NCBI RefSeq assembly: GCF_963921235.1
Contig: NC_086108.1
Coordinates: forward strand, 23,870,001-23,934,000
DNA length: 64,000 bases
Reading direction: 5' to 3'
From: Mobula hypostoma
Lineage: Eukaryota
Positions 1 through 12,254 of this stretch are shown here, in pieces. Positions within the stretch are counted from its first letter, which is position 1; each line of letters opens with the position of its first letter. The translations under genes and the position numbers were made by a program. The notes beneath the pieces are model-generated. The model was not told the origin of the DNA, searched no databases, and was given only the letters and a program-made list of their open reading frames with translations.

Positions 1-1990
1 AACTTTTTTTAGTTGCTTTCTGTTGGCTTTGAAAGCTTCCTAATCTTCTAACTTTCTGCTAATTTTTACTCTATTATATGCTATCTCTTTCCCTTTTACG
101 TTAGCTTTGACTTCTTTTGTTAGCAATGGTTGTGTCATCTTTCCTTTAGAATACTCCTTCCTCTTTAGGATGTATATATCCTGTACCTTCAGAATTGTTT
201 CCAGAAATTCCAGACATTGCTGCTCTGCGGTCATCCCTGCTAGTTTTCTTTTCCAATCAATTCTGTCCAATTTCTCTCTCATGCCTCTGCAATGCCCTTT
301 ACTCCACTGTAATACCGATACATCTGACTTTAGCTCCTCCTTCTCAAATTTCAGGGTGAAGTCGATCACATTATGATCACTTGCCCCAAGAGATATTTTT
401 ACCTTAAACTCACTAATCAATTCTGGTTCATTATCCCAAATAGATGAGCCCCTTGGAGGCTCAATTACAAGCTGCTCTAAAAACCCATCTCACAGGCATT
501 CCAGAAATTGCCCCTCTTGGAATCCTGCAATTACCTGATTTTCCCAATCTACCTGCATATTGAAACCCCCCATGACTATTGTAACATTGCCCTTTTGACA
601 TGCATCTTCTATCTCCCATTGTAACTTGTAGACCACAGTCTTGCTTCTGTTTGGAGGACTTTATATAACTCCCATCAGGATCTTTTTACCCTTGCAGTTT
701 CTTAGCTCTGTCCACAATGATTCAACATTTTCCAACCCTATATCACCTCTTTCTAATGATTTAATTTCATTTTTTACCTACAGAGCTAAGTTACCCCCTC
801 TGTCTTCCTGCCTATCCTTTTGATACAATGTGTATCATTGGACATCTATATTCTTCTGTCAGCCATGATTCAGTGATGCCTACAATATTACACTTGCCAA
901 TCTGTAACTGTGCTACAAGTTCACCGACTCTATTCCATATACTGTGCGCATTCAAATATAACACCTTTAGTCCTGTATTCACCCTTTTCAATTTTGTCTG
1001 TGTTTTATGTTACAAGTCATCCTGATGACTGCAATTTTGCCCTATTATCAGCCTCTCCTGTTAGGAATCTCACTGCCTCTGTTCATCTTCAGCACTGTTA
1101 CTCTGGATCCTATGTATCTGCCAGATTAGTTTTAACCACCCAAACAATTCTAGCCAACCTGTACCCAAGGACATTGGACACCCTCTGGTTCAAGTGTAAC
1201 CTGTCCTTTTCGCTTAGGTCATGCCTTCCCAAGAAGAGATCCCAATGAATGATTCATCAAAACCCCTGTCCCCTACACCAGATGTTCAGCCATGTTTTCA
1301 CCAGCCAAACCATCTTATTCTTTCCCTCACTCGCATGTGGCATCGGCAGCAATCCAGAGATTACTACCCTGGAGGTCCTGTTTCTCGGCTTTTTACCTAG
1401 CTTCCCAAAATCTTTCTTCAGAACCTCCTCACCTTGTCTACCTTGTCTTTGGTGCCAATATGTACCAACACTTCCAGCTGCTCACCCTTACCCTTGAGAA
1501 TGCCATGGACACGATCCGAGGTATCCCTGATCCTAGCACCAAGGAGGCAACATATCATCTGGCCGTCTCTATCGTGCCCACAGAACCTCGCCTCTGTTCC
1601 TCTGACTAAGGAATCTCCTATCAACAGTGCAGTCCTCCACCTCTCTGCTCTTCTGAGCCACAGCACCAGACTCAGTGCCAGAGACCTGGTAACTGTGGCT
1701 CCTCCCCTGGGAGACCATCCGCTTAATAGTATCTAAAGTTACATACTTATTATTGAGTATACAGGTGTACCCTGCTCTGCATTCCGCCTCCTTCCCCGAC
1801 AGTCACCCAGTTACCTGTCTCCTTAAATCGGTACCTGTCTATCACCTCCTCATTTTCCTGTAGGAGCGTTAGGTCAAAAAGCTGCAGCTTCTGTTACTTA
1901 ATACTTTCTCTCATGAGCTGTAGCTTGGTGCACGTGGTGCAAATGTGTTTATCTGGGAGACTGGAGGTCCCACATACAGTACAAAACACT
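1..1990 (-). mobile_element. Decayed CR1 LINE, 5' part: ORF1 (CxxC motif and SGNH/GDSL esterase-like domain) and ORF2 APE endonuclease; continues off the left edge
   Basis: Minus strand reads LPDKHICTTCTKLQL near 1960. ORF 1418-1666 reads ALLIGDSLVRGTEARFCG...VLVHIGT. KVLYLNAHSIWNRVGEL...GITESWL starts near 966, and ORF 40-420 has LGASDHNVIDF. Frameshifts and stops are present. Confidence 0.9.
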
Positions 1991-2596
1991 GACCCTGGAG
2001 CCTTTCTGAGCCTTTCTAACTATACTATGCACTAATAGATGATGAATGAACAAATAAGAACACAGAGAGAGTAACTTGCAAGACATCATAAAAATCAATT
2101 CCAACACTTTCCCTACTGCTGATATCCAGGTTTCATACTACTGCAATAGCACAGTACACTCGCAAGGGAAACATTTGTTCATGGGTGGAAGAATGTATGG
2201 AAATGCAGGCACGTAGTAGAAGGTTGCAGGTTATGAAGCGGCTTTCCATGCCACACCAGGCCATTCATTATTTCAGTCCTATAGTTTCAACCATAGCACT
2301 TGGGTATCACACGTACTGCTCCTAGGTGTCTTATTAGTAAAAAAATTGCACCCTGCACTCTCAGCAATGTCATATACAGTTAATGGCCCAATCCCTCATT
2401 CTAACAGTCTTTCTTATAACATGTTCTCTATAGCATTACCAACTGGCTTCATGTGCAATCGTTATTCAATAACCATGCAATGGCCTGGCTTTAACTTCTT
2501 ATCCTTAGAGAGGGTATGGCAAAAACAAATCTTTCCATTTTGAGGATTTATTTTCCTTTGTTATACTGATGAGAGCAATATTAAATAAACATTTAT

Positions 2597-2828
2597 TAGA
2601 GATATGGCATGGTAACAGGACCTACCGGCCCAATGAACCCGCACTGCCCACTTACATCCAGTGACCAAATTTACCTACTAACCTGTACGTCTTTGGAATA
2701 TGGAAGGAAACAGGAGCTCCCGGTGGAAACCCATGTGGTTACAGGGAGAACGTACAAACCTCTTACTGGCAATGCTGGAAATTGAACCCTGATCACTGGT
2801 GCTGTAAAGGATTGTGCGTTACCACACC
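2597..2828 (-). mobile_element. tRNA-derived V-SINE (HE1-like)
   Basis: The reverse complement has a B-box-like GGTTCAATTTCC, a V-domain-like gtttgtacgttctccctgtaaccacatgggtttccaccgggagctcctgtttccttcc, and a CR1-like tail gggccggtaggtcctgttaccatgc. Confidence 0.8.
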
Positions 2829-3464
2829 GGCTCATGTTTTACAGTTCTTCACACCAAAACTTTACAGTTTAACGGTGAGCTGCTGTTGAACAAGGAGCAA
2901 AGCACTTTAATTCTCAGGCACCATTTAAAGCACAAGGGGGAGTGATGCTTTCAGTTCATCCCTGATGACAGCTAAGTTGGTGAAGGGGGGCCAAAATCAG
3001 GAAACACAGTAGCAGCAAAATCGAGAACTGCTCCCTGATCTATTCCCTCACTGGTCTGTCGAAGTGAGACATTCACTCCTGCCTCCTATTCAAAGTAAAA
3101 ACCAAATATGAATACCCAAGACAACATCAGAACCAGAGGTGCATGGTTAATCAGATCTTGTTGCCTTTGACTGAGTGTCTTTCCAGCAGAGTGTCTCACC
3201 ATCAGAAACCATTAGTTCAGAACAACTCCAGACACAACTTGTGTTGTTCAAGCTGGTGGGCACAGAATAATAGTTCCCCATTTGCTCTGATGATTTCTAG
3301 TGAATTTGAGGTTTGTAATCAGCTCAAGTCACCCAACTATAGTAACTGAAGTCTTTCTTATGGCTCAAAGTGGCAAGCACCACATTCTGGAACTGATTCT
3401 CAGTGTCACAGGATGATGCTGAAGTAGATGGCAGAATTGCTTCTTGCACCAAAGCCCAAAGTTA

Positions 3465-3785
3465 GAAGCCTGAGGTTTGCGAGTCTGAGTCCGAGACCAA
3501 GGACTAGAGGCCCAGAGGCAGCCTATGCTGGTATTGGAGACTGGTCTGTGTGTGACAGTGGTTGAGAACGTGGGAAAGGGGCCTGTTTTGCTGTTGTTGT
3601 CTTGTTTCATTGTCATTTTTGCTGTTTGTGTCATTGTGAACATTGTGGGCATGAAATGTGTTGGTGTCAAAATGTGAGACATCACTTGTGGGCTGCCCCC
3701 AGCACCTCCTTGGGCGTATTGGTTGTTAACATAAATAACCCATTTCACTGTATGAGCATGTGATAAATAAATATGAATCTGAACT
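3465..3785 (+). mobile_element. 3' part of an unclassified non-LTR retroposon (family B)
   Basis: The segment cttgtgggctgcccccagcac...gttgttaac...tttcactgt...aataaatatgaatctga matches the reverse complement of 11925-12070. Confidence 0.65.
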
Positions 3786-3889
3786 TTCTAAAGTTGTACT
3801 GTCAACCTGTCAGATCTTCCAAAATCCCAAGATGTTGGTACTTGCAATAATACTGTTAGAGCTCAGAGGGTCAAGCAGCAAATGTGAAG

Positions 3890-4470
3890 GCAAAACATTT
3901 AAGCTGACATTTCAGGTTGAGGTCCCGCATCAGGAGAGGGAACAGGAAAGATTGTCAGTATCTAGCAGTACACACAGGATGGAACAGAGGCTGGCATGTG
4001 ACAGGTAGAATGGACTGGGAGAGAGGGTGACGGGTAGCTGGAATCAGATGCAGGGAAGGGTGGGTGGAATGAACGAAAGGAGCAGAGAACTAGGTAGACA
4101 GATAAATGTGTTGGAGTAAAGTACTGGAATGTGGGTTACCTGAAATTGGGAAATTCAATGTCTGTACTCTAAGTTACCCAAGTGGAATATAAGATGTTCT
4201 CCTTCCAATTTCCATTTGGCCTCTGTGTATCAATGGAGAAGATTGATGGCAGACGGGTTCTTGTGGAAACTGTCTGTCCTCGGGCTTCTCTGTTGCTACA
4301 GAGAGGCAACACGCAAAGTCGAAGAACAACACTCCAAATTCCGCTTGGGTAATTCCAACCAAATGGTCTAGACTCAAAGCATCAACTTACAATTTTTACC
4401 TTCACAGAAATTGCTCAACCCATTGAGTTCTTACAGAATTATATTTTTTGTTGCAGATTCCAGCATCTAT
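3890..4470. mobile_element. Inverted pair of decayed Penelope-like 3' ends
   Basis: Minus 4135-4225 reads EAKWKLEGEHLIFHLGNL..IEFPNFR and plus 4302-4370 reads EATRKVEEQHSKFRLGN. Both resemble the Penelope GIY-YIG C-terminus (RKLEEQHLIFRLG...). A degenerate hammerhead core lies at 3902-3934 on minus. Confidence 0.7.
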
Positions 4471-4729
4471 CAAATAAAATTTGAGTTGAATTATGAGACG
4501 AATACAGACGAATGAAACAGAGTTTCCACAGTCTTTTGTCATCATCCCTGTGCCCATGGGAGGCGCTTTCCAGAAGGATCTAGTGCTGTTGAAATCAGCG
4601 AGGACAGTGTGAATTAAACTTGCTCTTTCATACCAGACTATTTGAACAGAGTTGTTCGCAAATAAGCTTAGTTGTTCTTTCCCTGGCCTTGTGAGTTCCA
4701 TCAAGGCAGTGGCTGCACAGCAAGATCTC

Positions 4730-4743
4730 CCTGTAGGTGGCAG
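4730..4743 (+). promoter_or_regulatory. Candidate CTCF site
   Basis: CCTGTAGGTGGCAG has one mismatch to the CCASYAGRKGGCRS consensus. Motif match only. Confidence 0.3.
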
Positions 4744-4929
4744 TGATGCACTAAAATTTAAACAGGCCTGCAATACTCTCAACTTCAATAGCAGCTTGCT
4801 GGAAACTTTATTCAACAGTCATTTTAAGAGAGCATCTAATTGTAAAATTATCTTGAGAACAACCTCACATCAAAAGATGAAACACATTGGCAAGAATGAC
4901 ACAAAAAAACAGAAAATTCTGGAAATCAT

Positions 4930-5094
4930 AAACACGAGAAATTCTGCAGATCCTGGAGATCCAAGGCAACACACACAAAGATGCTGGAGGAACTCAGCAG
5001 GTCAGGCAGCACCCATGGAAATGAATAAACAGTCAATGTTTCGAGCTGAGACCCTTCCTCAGGACCCTGTTGAGTTCCCCCAGCATTTTGGGTG
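4930..5094 (-). mobile_element. Penelope pLTR-derived short element: one full arm plus a truncated inverted arm, nested in an older related copy (about 4905-5220)
   Basis: Homologous to the 16-kb palindrome arm (atgctggaggaactcagcagg...gagacccttcctcaggac), followed by the inverted cctgttgagttcccccagcattttg. Confidence 0.75.
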
Positions 5095-8049
5095 AAATGT
5101 TGGAAACATACAGCAGGTCAGGCTATATCCAGGGAGTAAAAAGTTATCATGCTGAAATGTTGAGTTCAGCTTTATAATTTCAGTCTGACCTGCAGAGTGT
5201 TTGTGGCATTTTCTGTTTTTCTTTTCTTTTTATTTTTCTGCATCTGTGGTGTTATGCTTATTGATTACAAACACTTTCTGATTACTAATGCATGGATCCG
5301 AAGCAACCAGCTTTACCGAGGGATGGGTTTTTAGAATCTATTAACACCAAGTATTTAAGTTACCCTGGCTGCCAATGTCTCCCACTGATGATTTGCAGGT
5401 AAGAGAAGGACATTCGGTTCTTTGAAGAAAACCTCCTAAAACCAGGGAAGAATACTTCAGTTTGCAGGACGAACAACAAAACCAGGAACAAAACAAAGAA
5501 AAATTGAATACTTAAGCAAACCTTCAATCAGAACATTGCTAAAATTGCGGACTGGTTGTAATGAAGAAGACTGTTTACATGATGGGTATTCAGTTCTGTG
5601 AAGAGGACTGAATGCAACAGATTCTCCATGAAGAGGACTGACTGGACTAGGAAATGGTCAGCTGAATATCAAAGAGGTTGCCTGCTTGCTGTGGTGAATG
5701 TCAACAAGTCCTGATACGTTAAGGCACTTTGGAATTCTGCTTGTGGACCACAATTGATTGCTCCTCTCTACAATTCCTTGGAAAGTCAGTTAACTCACAA
5801 ACAATAGTATTGCTGCTGATGACTTCGTTGCACATGGCAAGTTGATGTCATGATTTTGGGTGAAGATCGCATCACTGACCCTCTGTACTGACTGCCTATC
5901 CAAGAGGCTTTCATTTTCACCACTTGCCTAGCCTAAAATGATCAGATAGCTTTGCTGATCATACCGTTATTGTTTCCTCCAAGAATCAAACTTACTTCAT
6001 AGTCATCACCTGTCCCACCTCCTTTAATCTTTTGTTGTCCACTACTCACTAACATAATAGTAACCTTTCTTATTTGTCAGTGCCCCACTCAAACTATATT
6101 TACACCTCATGGTCCAGGATTCTGACAAAATCAAATGTTGGAGACAGGTTCCTTCTGTGAAGTATCCCAAGGATATGCCATACACCAGTTTCCCAAGGAT
6201 TGAACAAGCACAGCAAACTGACAGTTAACTGAGAGTTAAGTATGGAACCTAGAAAAATGTGCTGGGGCTACAAGGAATGAGTTGACTCATGAAGCAGTGT
6301 GACATCACAAGTATAGTTTCACACTACTGTTGTATGCAATTCCAAATTAAAAGAGAACAGCACTATTTGTCTAATTACCACATTCCACTTTCTCATCAAG
6401 TGTGATACTCTCTGATATGACTAATGAACTACAATGATAACCTTCTAATGATTTGATGATAAAGGAAAATTCTCTTTAATATCAGTTATTTAAAAAAAAT
6501 TCAGATTCAAATGGTGAAAGAAAGCTCAAGGTTATGGTTATCAGAAGCCATCACCATTACTTCTGCATGATTGTTACAGTCCATTAACAACAGTCCTTGG
6601 TTAGCAAAGCTGTTTCAAATTATTAATGGTTCAAAGGTCTTGCGTCCAACACACATGCACACAAGTTCATCCGCATGTGCATGGGCAAACAAAAGCACAC
6701 ATATACAGGCATATTCACACACATACAGGAACTTGCATGTGCATCCGAACACACATACTCATGTGCACGAACATTGTTTTGTTCCATAAACATATATCCA
6801 TGGCTTGCAAGAACATGGCACAATCAAGCCAGATGCATCTCAACATAATTATAATCTCTCTAGCAGCAAATTTCTGTTCTACTCAAATGCTTTCTGAACA
6901 TTATATATGGCAAAATACAATAGGCCTCATGAAAACACTTGCCAATGTGTGCCTATTCTAATTTCTGCTAATCATCTATGTACTGTAGATTAATTAATCT
7001 ATGTTTTCTTTATCAGAAAATTGTAAGCGTCCCAAGCCTTAGACACAAGAGGTACTGCAGGTGCTGGAAGTTTGTTAGGTACTGGCCACCAGGTGAAGAA
7101 TTTGATTGTGCTCCCATTGGGGAGAAGTACTTACTGAGATTAGTAGCCCTGAGGAGTCTGCCACTAAGTCACCCGGCTGAATGCTGGCTCCCTGTGTCCA
7201 CTGGGCAAATTCAGAACACTGCTCCCAGAGTATTACAGAGAAAATCCAATGGGACAAGAGGGTTGGGCTGGTGGGGGCAGATCAGAAGAGGACCCATGAA
7301 AAAAAAGAGGTCCAGTTGTAGAGACTGGGTGTGGAAGAAGACAGGGACATTGATTCCATTGTGCATAATTTTACCATCAGTGAGGAATTGCCAATGTTTT
7401 CTGGTGAGAGTGTTATCACATTATAGGTCAATATTGGCAGCAGCAGGTATTTCAATCAGTTTGGAATGGGTGTGAGCAGAGTTGATATTTACATGGATAA
7501 ATTCTGAGGCTTGGAATCCAATTAATTTCACTGTAAAATCGATCAATTTTGTCTGCAAATACAAATTGCTCACATTTCATCTTCAAGCAATTAACTGTTT
7601 TGACTTCTAATTTACATATTAATTATTTTAGTTTAATTACGTGATAATTTCAGCCTGAAGTAACTTCTTGATAAGTGAACCCTTCCATATTTAGTCACTA
7701 AGCACAAATATATGCTGAATTCATTAGTAGGAATGTTTAAATTATACAGTATTTTGCTTTTTTTTTATCTAGACCAAAAAACTTTCACGTTCAGTTCCGA
7801 TGTGTGTCAAGTTGTGCAAACTCCTACAAGTGGTAATACCTAGCTTATCAACGGGCATCTAAGCATAAAGTAAGAAGGGCAAGCCGATAACCCAACTCTG
7901 AAGTTGTAGGTTGGTTGGGAAAGAGAAAGGATGTGATGAGAAGGAGGGTGTAGGGGAACAATTGAGTCAATACCGAGAGAGATTAGAGACATTACTGAGG
8001 CCAACTACCACAGCGAAAGTTCCTCAGGGCAATGTCTTAGATACGATCA

Positions 8050-8700
8050 AGTACACCAGTCAAGTAAATACTGTAGATGTAAGAGAAGGCTTGAGTCCGA
8101 TAATGCTGCAGCAAATAATTCACCTCCTGACCAAAAGGCCACCCCATCATCTACAAAGCATAAGTCGAGAGAGTGATACAATACTCTCCAGCTAGCCTTG
8201 ATGAGTACAGCATAAACAATGCTCAAGATACCTAATGCCATAAAGGACAACTCTGGCTACTCTTGAGGTGTCAATCAAGAATAGCCTGTATAATTCACAC
8301 CTCATCCATCACCCTGAAGACTCATTACCTCAACCATCAGCAAACAGTGCTCCAGTATACAACACCACAAAATGCACTGTAGTTACTTGCTCAGACTAAT
8401 CTGACAGTACCTCACAAACCTTCAGCCTCAACACCATAAAGTGTCAGGGCAGAAACACCACTGACTGAAAGTTCTTCTCCAAGTTACACATTTTCCTGAC
8501 TTGGAAATATATGACCAGTCTTTTATCCTTACTGGTTCCAAATCCTGGAACTCCTTACCGAAACCTCTGTTGCAGGACCTTCATCAAAAGGACTGCCATC
8601 GGTCCAGAGGAGAGCTAAACACAACCTTCTCAAAGGTAAAAAGGATGGACCATAAATAATGACTTGTTTGACAATGTCCAGACCCCAAACATAAAATGGA
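8050..8700 (+). mobile_element. Ancient non-LTR retrotransposon (CR1/L2 group) 3' remnant
   Basis: The tail aaatcctggaactcc...ggactgc...ccttctcaaagg...ggatgg..ataaat is shared with 11205-11427, 24490-24640 and, inverted, 50805-51210. Confidence 0.55.
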
Positions 8701-10181
8701 ATGTCCGAATCTCCATGAGGTGAAACACTGGTGAAGTGGGGAAACCAGATTGTATATTTTCCAGGATGGCTTGGAGCCATTCAAGGGACTATGAAGTTTC
8801 TCAAACTGCTTCAGCAAGTGAATAAAAAATTCTGTTTTTTAATCAATTGATTTGGAACAAAGACACCTCATACAAGGTTAGTGCAAAAGCAAACTGCAAA
8901 CCTCCAGAAGGAAGCCTGACCAGACTTGGCAATAAAATATATCACAGCTAGTGGAGTGATGTGAACAAGGCATGATGAATGTATGCTCTCTTGGACAAAT
9001 AGTAATCATAGATCACTGAGCCTTTTCAGGAATTGAACAGTACAGTGATCAGGTAATGGTTTTCAAGGATTCAAATTCAGCCCAGGCTCAAACATTGAAA
9101 CCTCTCTGCAGACCTTCGGGAAGTTAGATTGCACAGTCTAGGTCCTTGGTGAAATAGATCCTAATATATCCTGACATGCTGTTAAAATGAGTGATTTCAC
9201 TTAAGACACGCTGCAAGACAAACTGAGGACTGGAGGACTGGGGGAGTTTCAACATTAGTCATAGTAATTCTGACAAGTTCAGTTCGGGCACTGTGTCATT
9301 GCACTCAAATACCAACTAAATGATAATGCAAAGCAAGTGCTAATTATCACCTTTGTTTTCTCTGCAGTGCCCACTACTTGAGCAAAGTTCTAGGTGTGCC
9401 ACATTGGCATGCTTTAAGTATCCCCTCTCTGGGGCCTCCCATTGCATAAAGAGAAGAGGCTGAAACTGGATGAGGCAATACATAATTGGATCCATGGGCA
9501 ACACTGAGGTTAAACCTAAATCAGAAAAGTTAGATTAACAGAATGATTGGTTCAGAAGATGAGTAGCAGCAAGATTTCCAGATCGCTATCCTGCCGGGTG
9601 ACCACTGTACATGGAAACTATCCCACTCACTGCACGCCAGTGTTAGATTCTGGCTAGCTGCAGTCTCAGAGTAACTCTGTGTTAGTGGACATATGCAAGT
9701 AGCTAATAATGAAAGGAACTTCATTATTCTTTATTAAATAACAATGACATATCATATAGCAAGCATTTACACAGATTAACCCACTTGATTAGATGTGTGC
9801 TGTCTCTGTATATACATTTCCCATTGCACTGGCCACCTGCCAGAAACTTTAGGTACAAGGTCACTAAATAAACCTGTTCAGCATTGTTTCCCAGATGAAC
9901 CATTTGATACAGTGAATGTCATTGAACTGAATATGCACTGAAATATCTCCTCTTATTCAAAGGATAGGACCCAAGAAGGATGAGGTTACTGATGCTTGCA
10001 CTGAAAGGTTAACGGGAAACTTCTCTGCGGGGTCCATAATGCACATGCAAGGACTGTAGAATTGAGCCACAGAGAGAAGAGAATACCAGCCCTCAACCTG
10101 CAAAGAGTAGGTTGAATGTGGTCATGGGTGACATCTTAATCATAAAAGTTATGTCAAAGGAAAATTGATGTCATGCAATTG

Positions 10182-10746
10182 TGCATTCAGTGGCCATTTT
10201 ACCTGGTACTTCAGTACCTAATAAAATGGTCACCGAGTGTGTGTTTGTGGTCTTTTGCTGCTGTAGCCCATCCACCTCAAGGTTTGATGTGTTGTGTGCT
10301 CAGAGATGCTGATCTGAACATAACTGTTGTAACGTGTGGTTATTTGAATAACTGTCGCCTTCCAGTCAGCTTGAATCAGTCTGGTCATTCTTGTCAGACT
10401 TCTCTCATTAACAAGGCAGTTTTGCCTACAGAACTGCTGTTCACTGGATTTGTTTTTTGTTTTTTGGACAATTCTATGTGAACTAAATACTCTTGTGCAT
10501 GAAAATTTCAGGAGATCAGCAGTTTCTGAGATACTTAAACTACCCTGTCTGGCAACAACAATCATTCTACTGTCAAAGTTGCCTAGAACACATTCCTTCC
10601 TCCTTCTGGTGTTTGCTCTGAACAACAACTGAACCTTTTGACCATGTCTGCATGCTTTGATGCACTGAGCTGCTGCCACATGACTGATTTGATTTGCATT
10701 CACGAGCAGGTGTACAGGTGCACCTAATAAAGTGCCCAATGAGTGT
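10182..10746 (-). mobile_element. Internally deleted Tc1/mariner DNA transposon
   Basis: ORF 10230-10739 contains a Tc1 transposase N-terminal HTH region (MIVVARQGSLSISETADLLKFS...ADWKATVIQITTRYN...SISEHTTHQTLRWMGYSS). Degenerate TIRs are cattcagtggccatttta and taataaagtgcccaatgagtg. No DDE domain is present. Confidence 0.85.
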
Positions 10747-11204
10747 AAATGCTCTACCTTGCAAAGAGACTGGCGACATGTGTATCAGACATTGCTCATT
10801 TTATAGATACTATAAGTGTGGAGAAGGCTACAAAATGTGTGGCACAGTGGAACAAAAAGTCGAGCTTCGGCAACCTGGGTTCCGTCCTGGCCTCTGGTGC
10901 TTCTTGTATGGAGACTGCACATTGCCGCAACAACAAACAAACAGCTGGAGGAAGTCAAGGGGCTAGGCAGCTCCTGTGGAAGCAGAGGGACTGTTTGTAG
11001 GTGAGTAGCAGAATCTGGATTATGTCATTGGGAATGTATCAGAGGAAACACTAACAGGGGACTGGATTTCTCTGTGAATTACCTAAATGTCAGAAGGATA
11101 TAGAAACAAACAGCTTATCTGTGCAGTGAGGTTAAGATTAAAAACACTGAACATTGTCGTCTATTAGCGAATCATATATAGAGGTTGTCCCCCAAGGTAC
11201 ACAC

Positions 11205-11427
11205 AATCCTGACATGGAAGTATGTCACTGTCTTTTCACCATCCCTGAGTTAAAATGTTGGTACTCCCTCCCTGACAACGTTCCACTGACATGCTCACGT
11301 CTCAAGGAATGCAGTGTTTCAAGAAGTCAGCTTATCCCCACCATCAGCTTCTCAGGAGCAATTAGGGATGAGCAATTACATTCTGGATCAGCTTGAAAAG
11401 CCCACATCCCTTGAATGAATAAGGAAA
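11205..11427 (+). mobile_element. Ancient LINE 3' tail (same family as 8050-8700)
   Basis: Contains ttctcaggagcaattagggatgagcaat...cccacatcccttgaatgaataa. Confidence 0.55.
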
Positions 11428-12254
11428 GGTTCTGAGCAAGAAATAGATTCAATAATGATTGCTCCTGCTGCTCACAGTTTGACCATATCCTTAGCATGAA
11501 ACGCCAGCTGACAACACAACTCACTCTACCTTAATACAGTGGTGACCAATGACAAGACAGGGAGTGAGAGAACTAGAATCACAAAATTGCTAAAATATTG
11601 TCATTGCCGGATTAGTATGAGTGCAATGTCATGTGATAGACAGTTCTTAGGCTTTATGGTTCATCCTGTATTGTCTCCCTCCTTTTTCCTTCAACTTGCC
11701 TCATGCTGGAGTATGGCTTGCATGGAGAGCTGCTGAAACAGTGAGCATTCTGCTGAAATAATTTTATTCAAACATTCCGAAGGCTGCTTCACAGCCCCTG
11801 GTTTCTGCTTCATACGGAGGAGTGCTCATTCCAACATTTCTTCACTTCAGCGGAGAAATGTTCAGTGATGACATGAGCAGAAATTATTTTTCCCTTTACA
11901 TTGTTTCAGAAATAAACCCAATGAATCAGATCAGATTCATTGACATTTATCAGACGTACATCGAAACTCACAGTGAAAAGTGTTTTTTGCGTTAACAACC
12001 AATGCAACCTAAAGGTGTGCTGGGGGCAGCCTGCAAGTTTTGCCACACATTCTGGCACCAACATCGAATGCCCGCCATGTTAGTCAGAACAACACAAGCA
12101 ATAATAACAACAACATAATGGTATCAAAGAAAAGCAACAGCAGGACAAGCTGCTGTCCTTCTTCCCAGCCTTTCAGTCACTCACTCACACAGATTGACCT
12201 CCAACCCCAGGAGAGGCCACTAGTCCTCCAGCCTGCAATGGACTCATGGACTCG

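Noticed and set aside
4402..5095. Overlapping 137-aa and 147-aa ORFs
   Set aside because: No recognisable protein. Both run into Penelope-derived repeat sequence.
5330..5405. Plus-strand exon ending CAG/gtaaga
   Set aside because: The donor is good, but the acceptor is weak and the only open frame gives no recognisable peptide.
6650..6775. His/Thr-rich ORFs
   Set aside because: They are translations of a degenerate CA-rich low-complexity tract.
6978..7475. 165-aa plus-strand ORF
   Set aside because: No recognisable domain, no clear splice context, and a composition like random translation.
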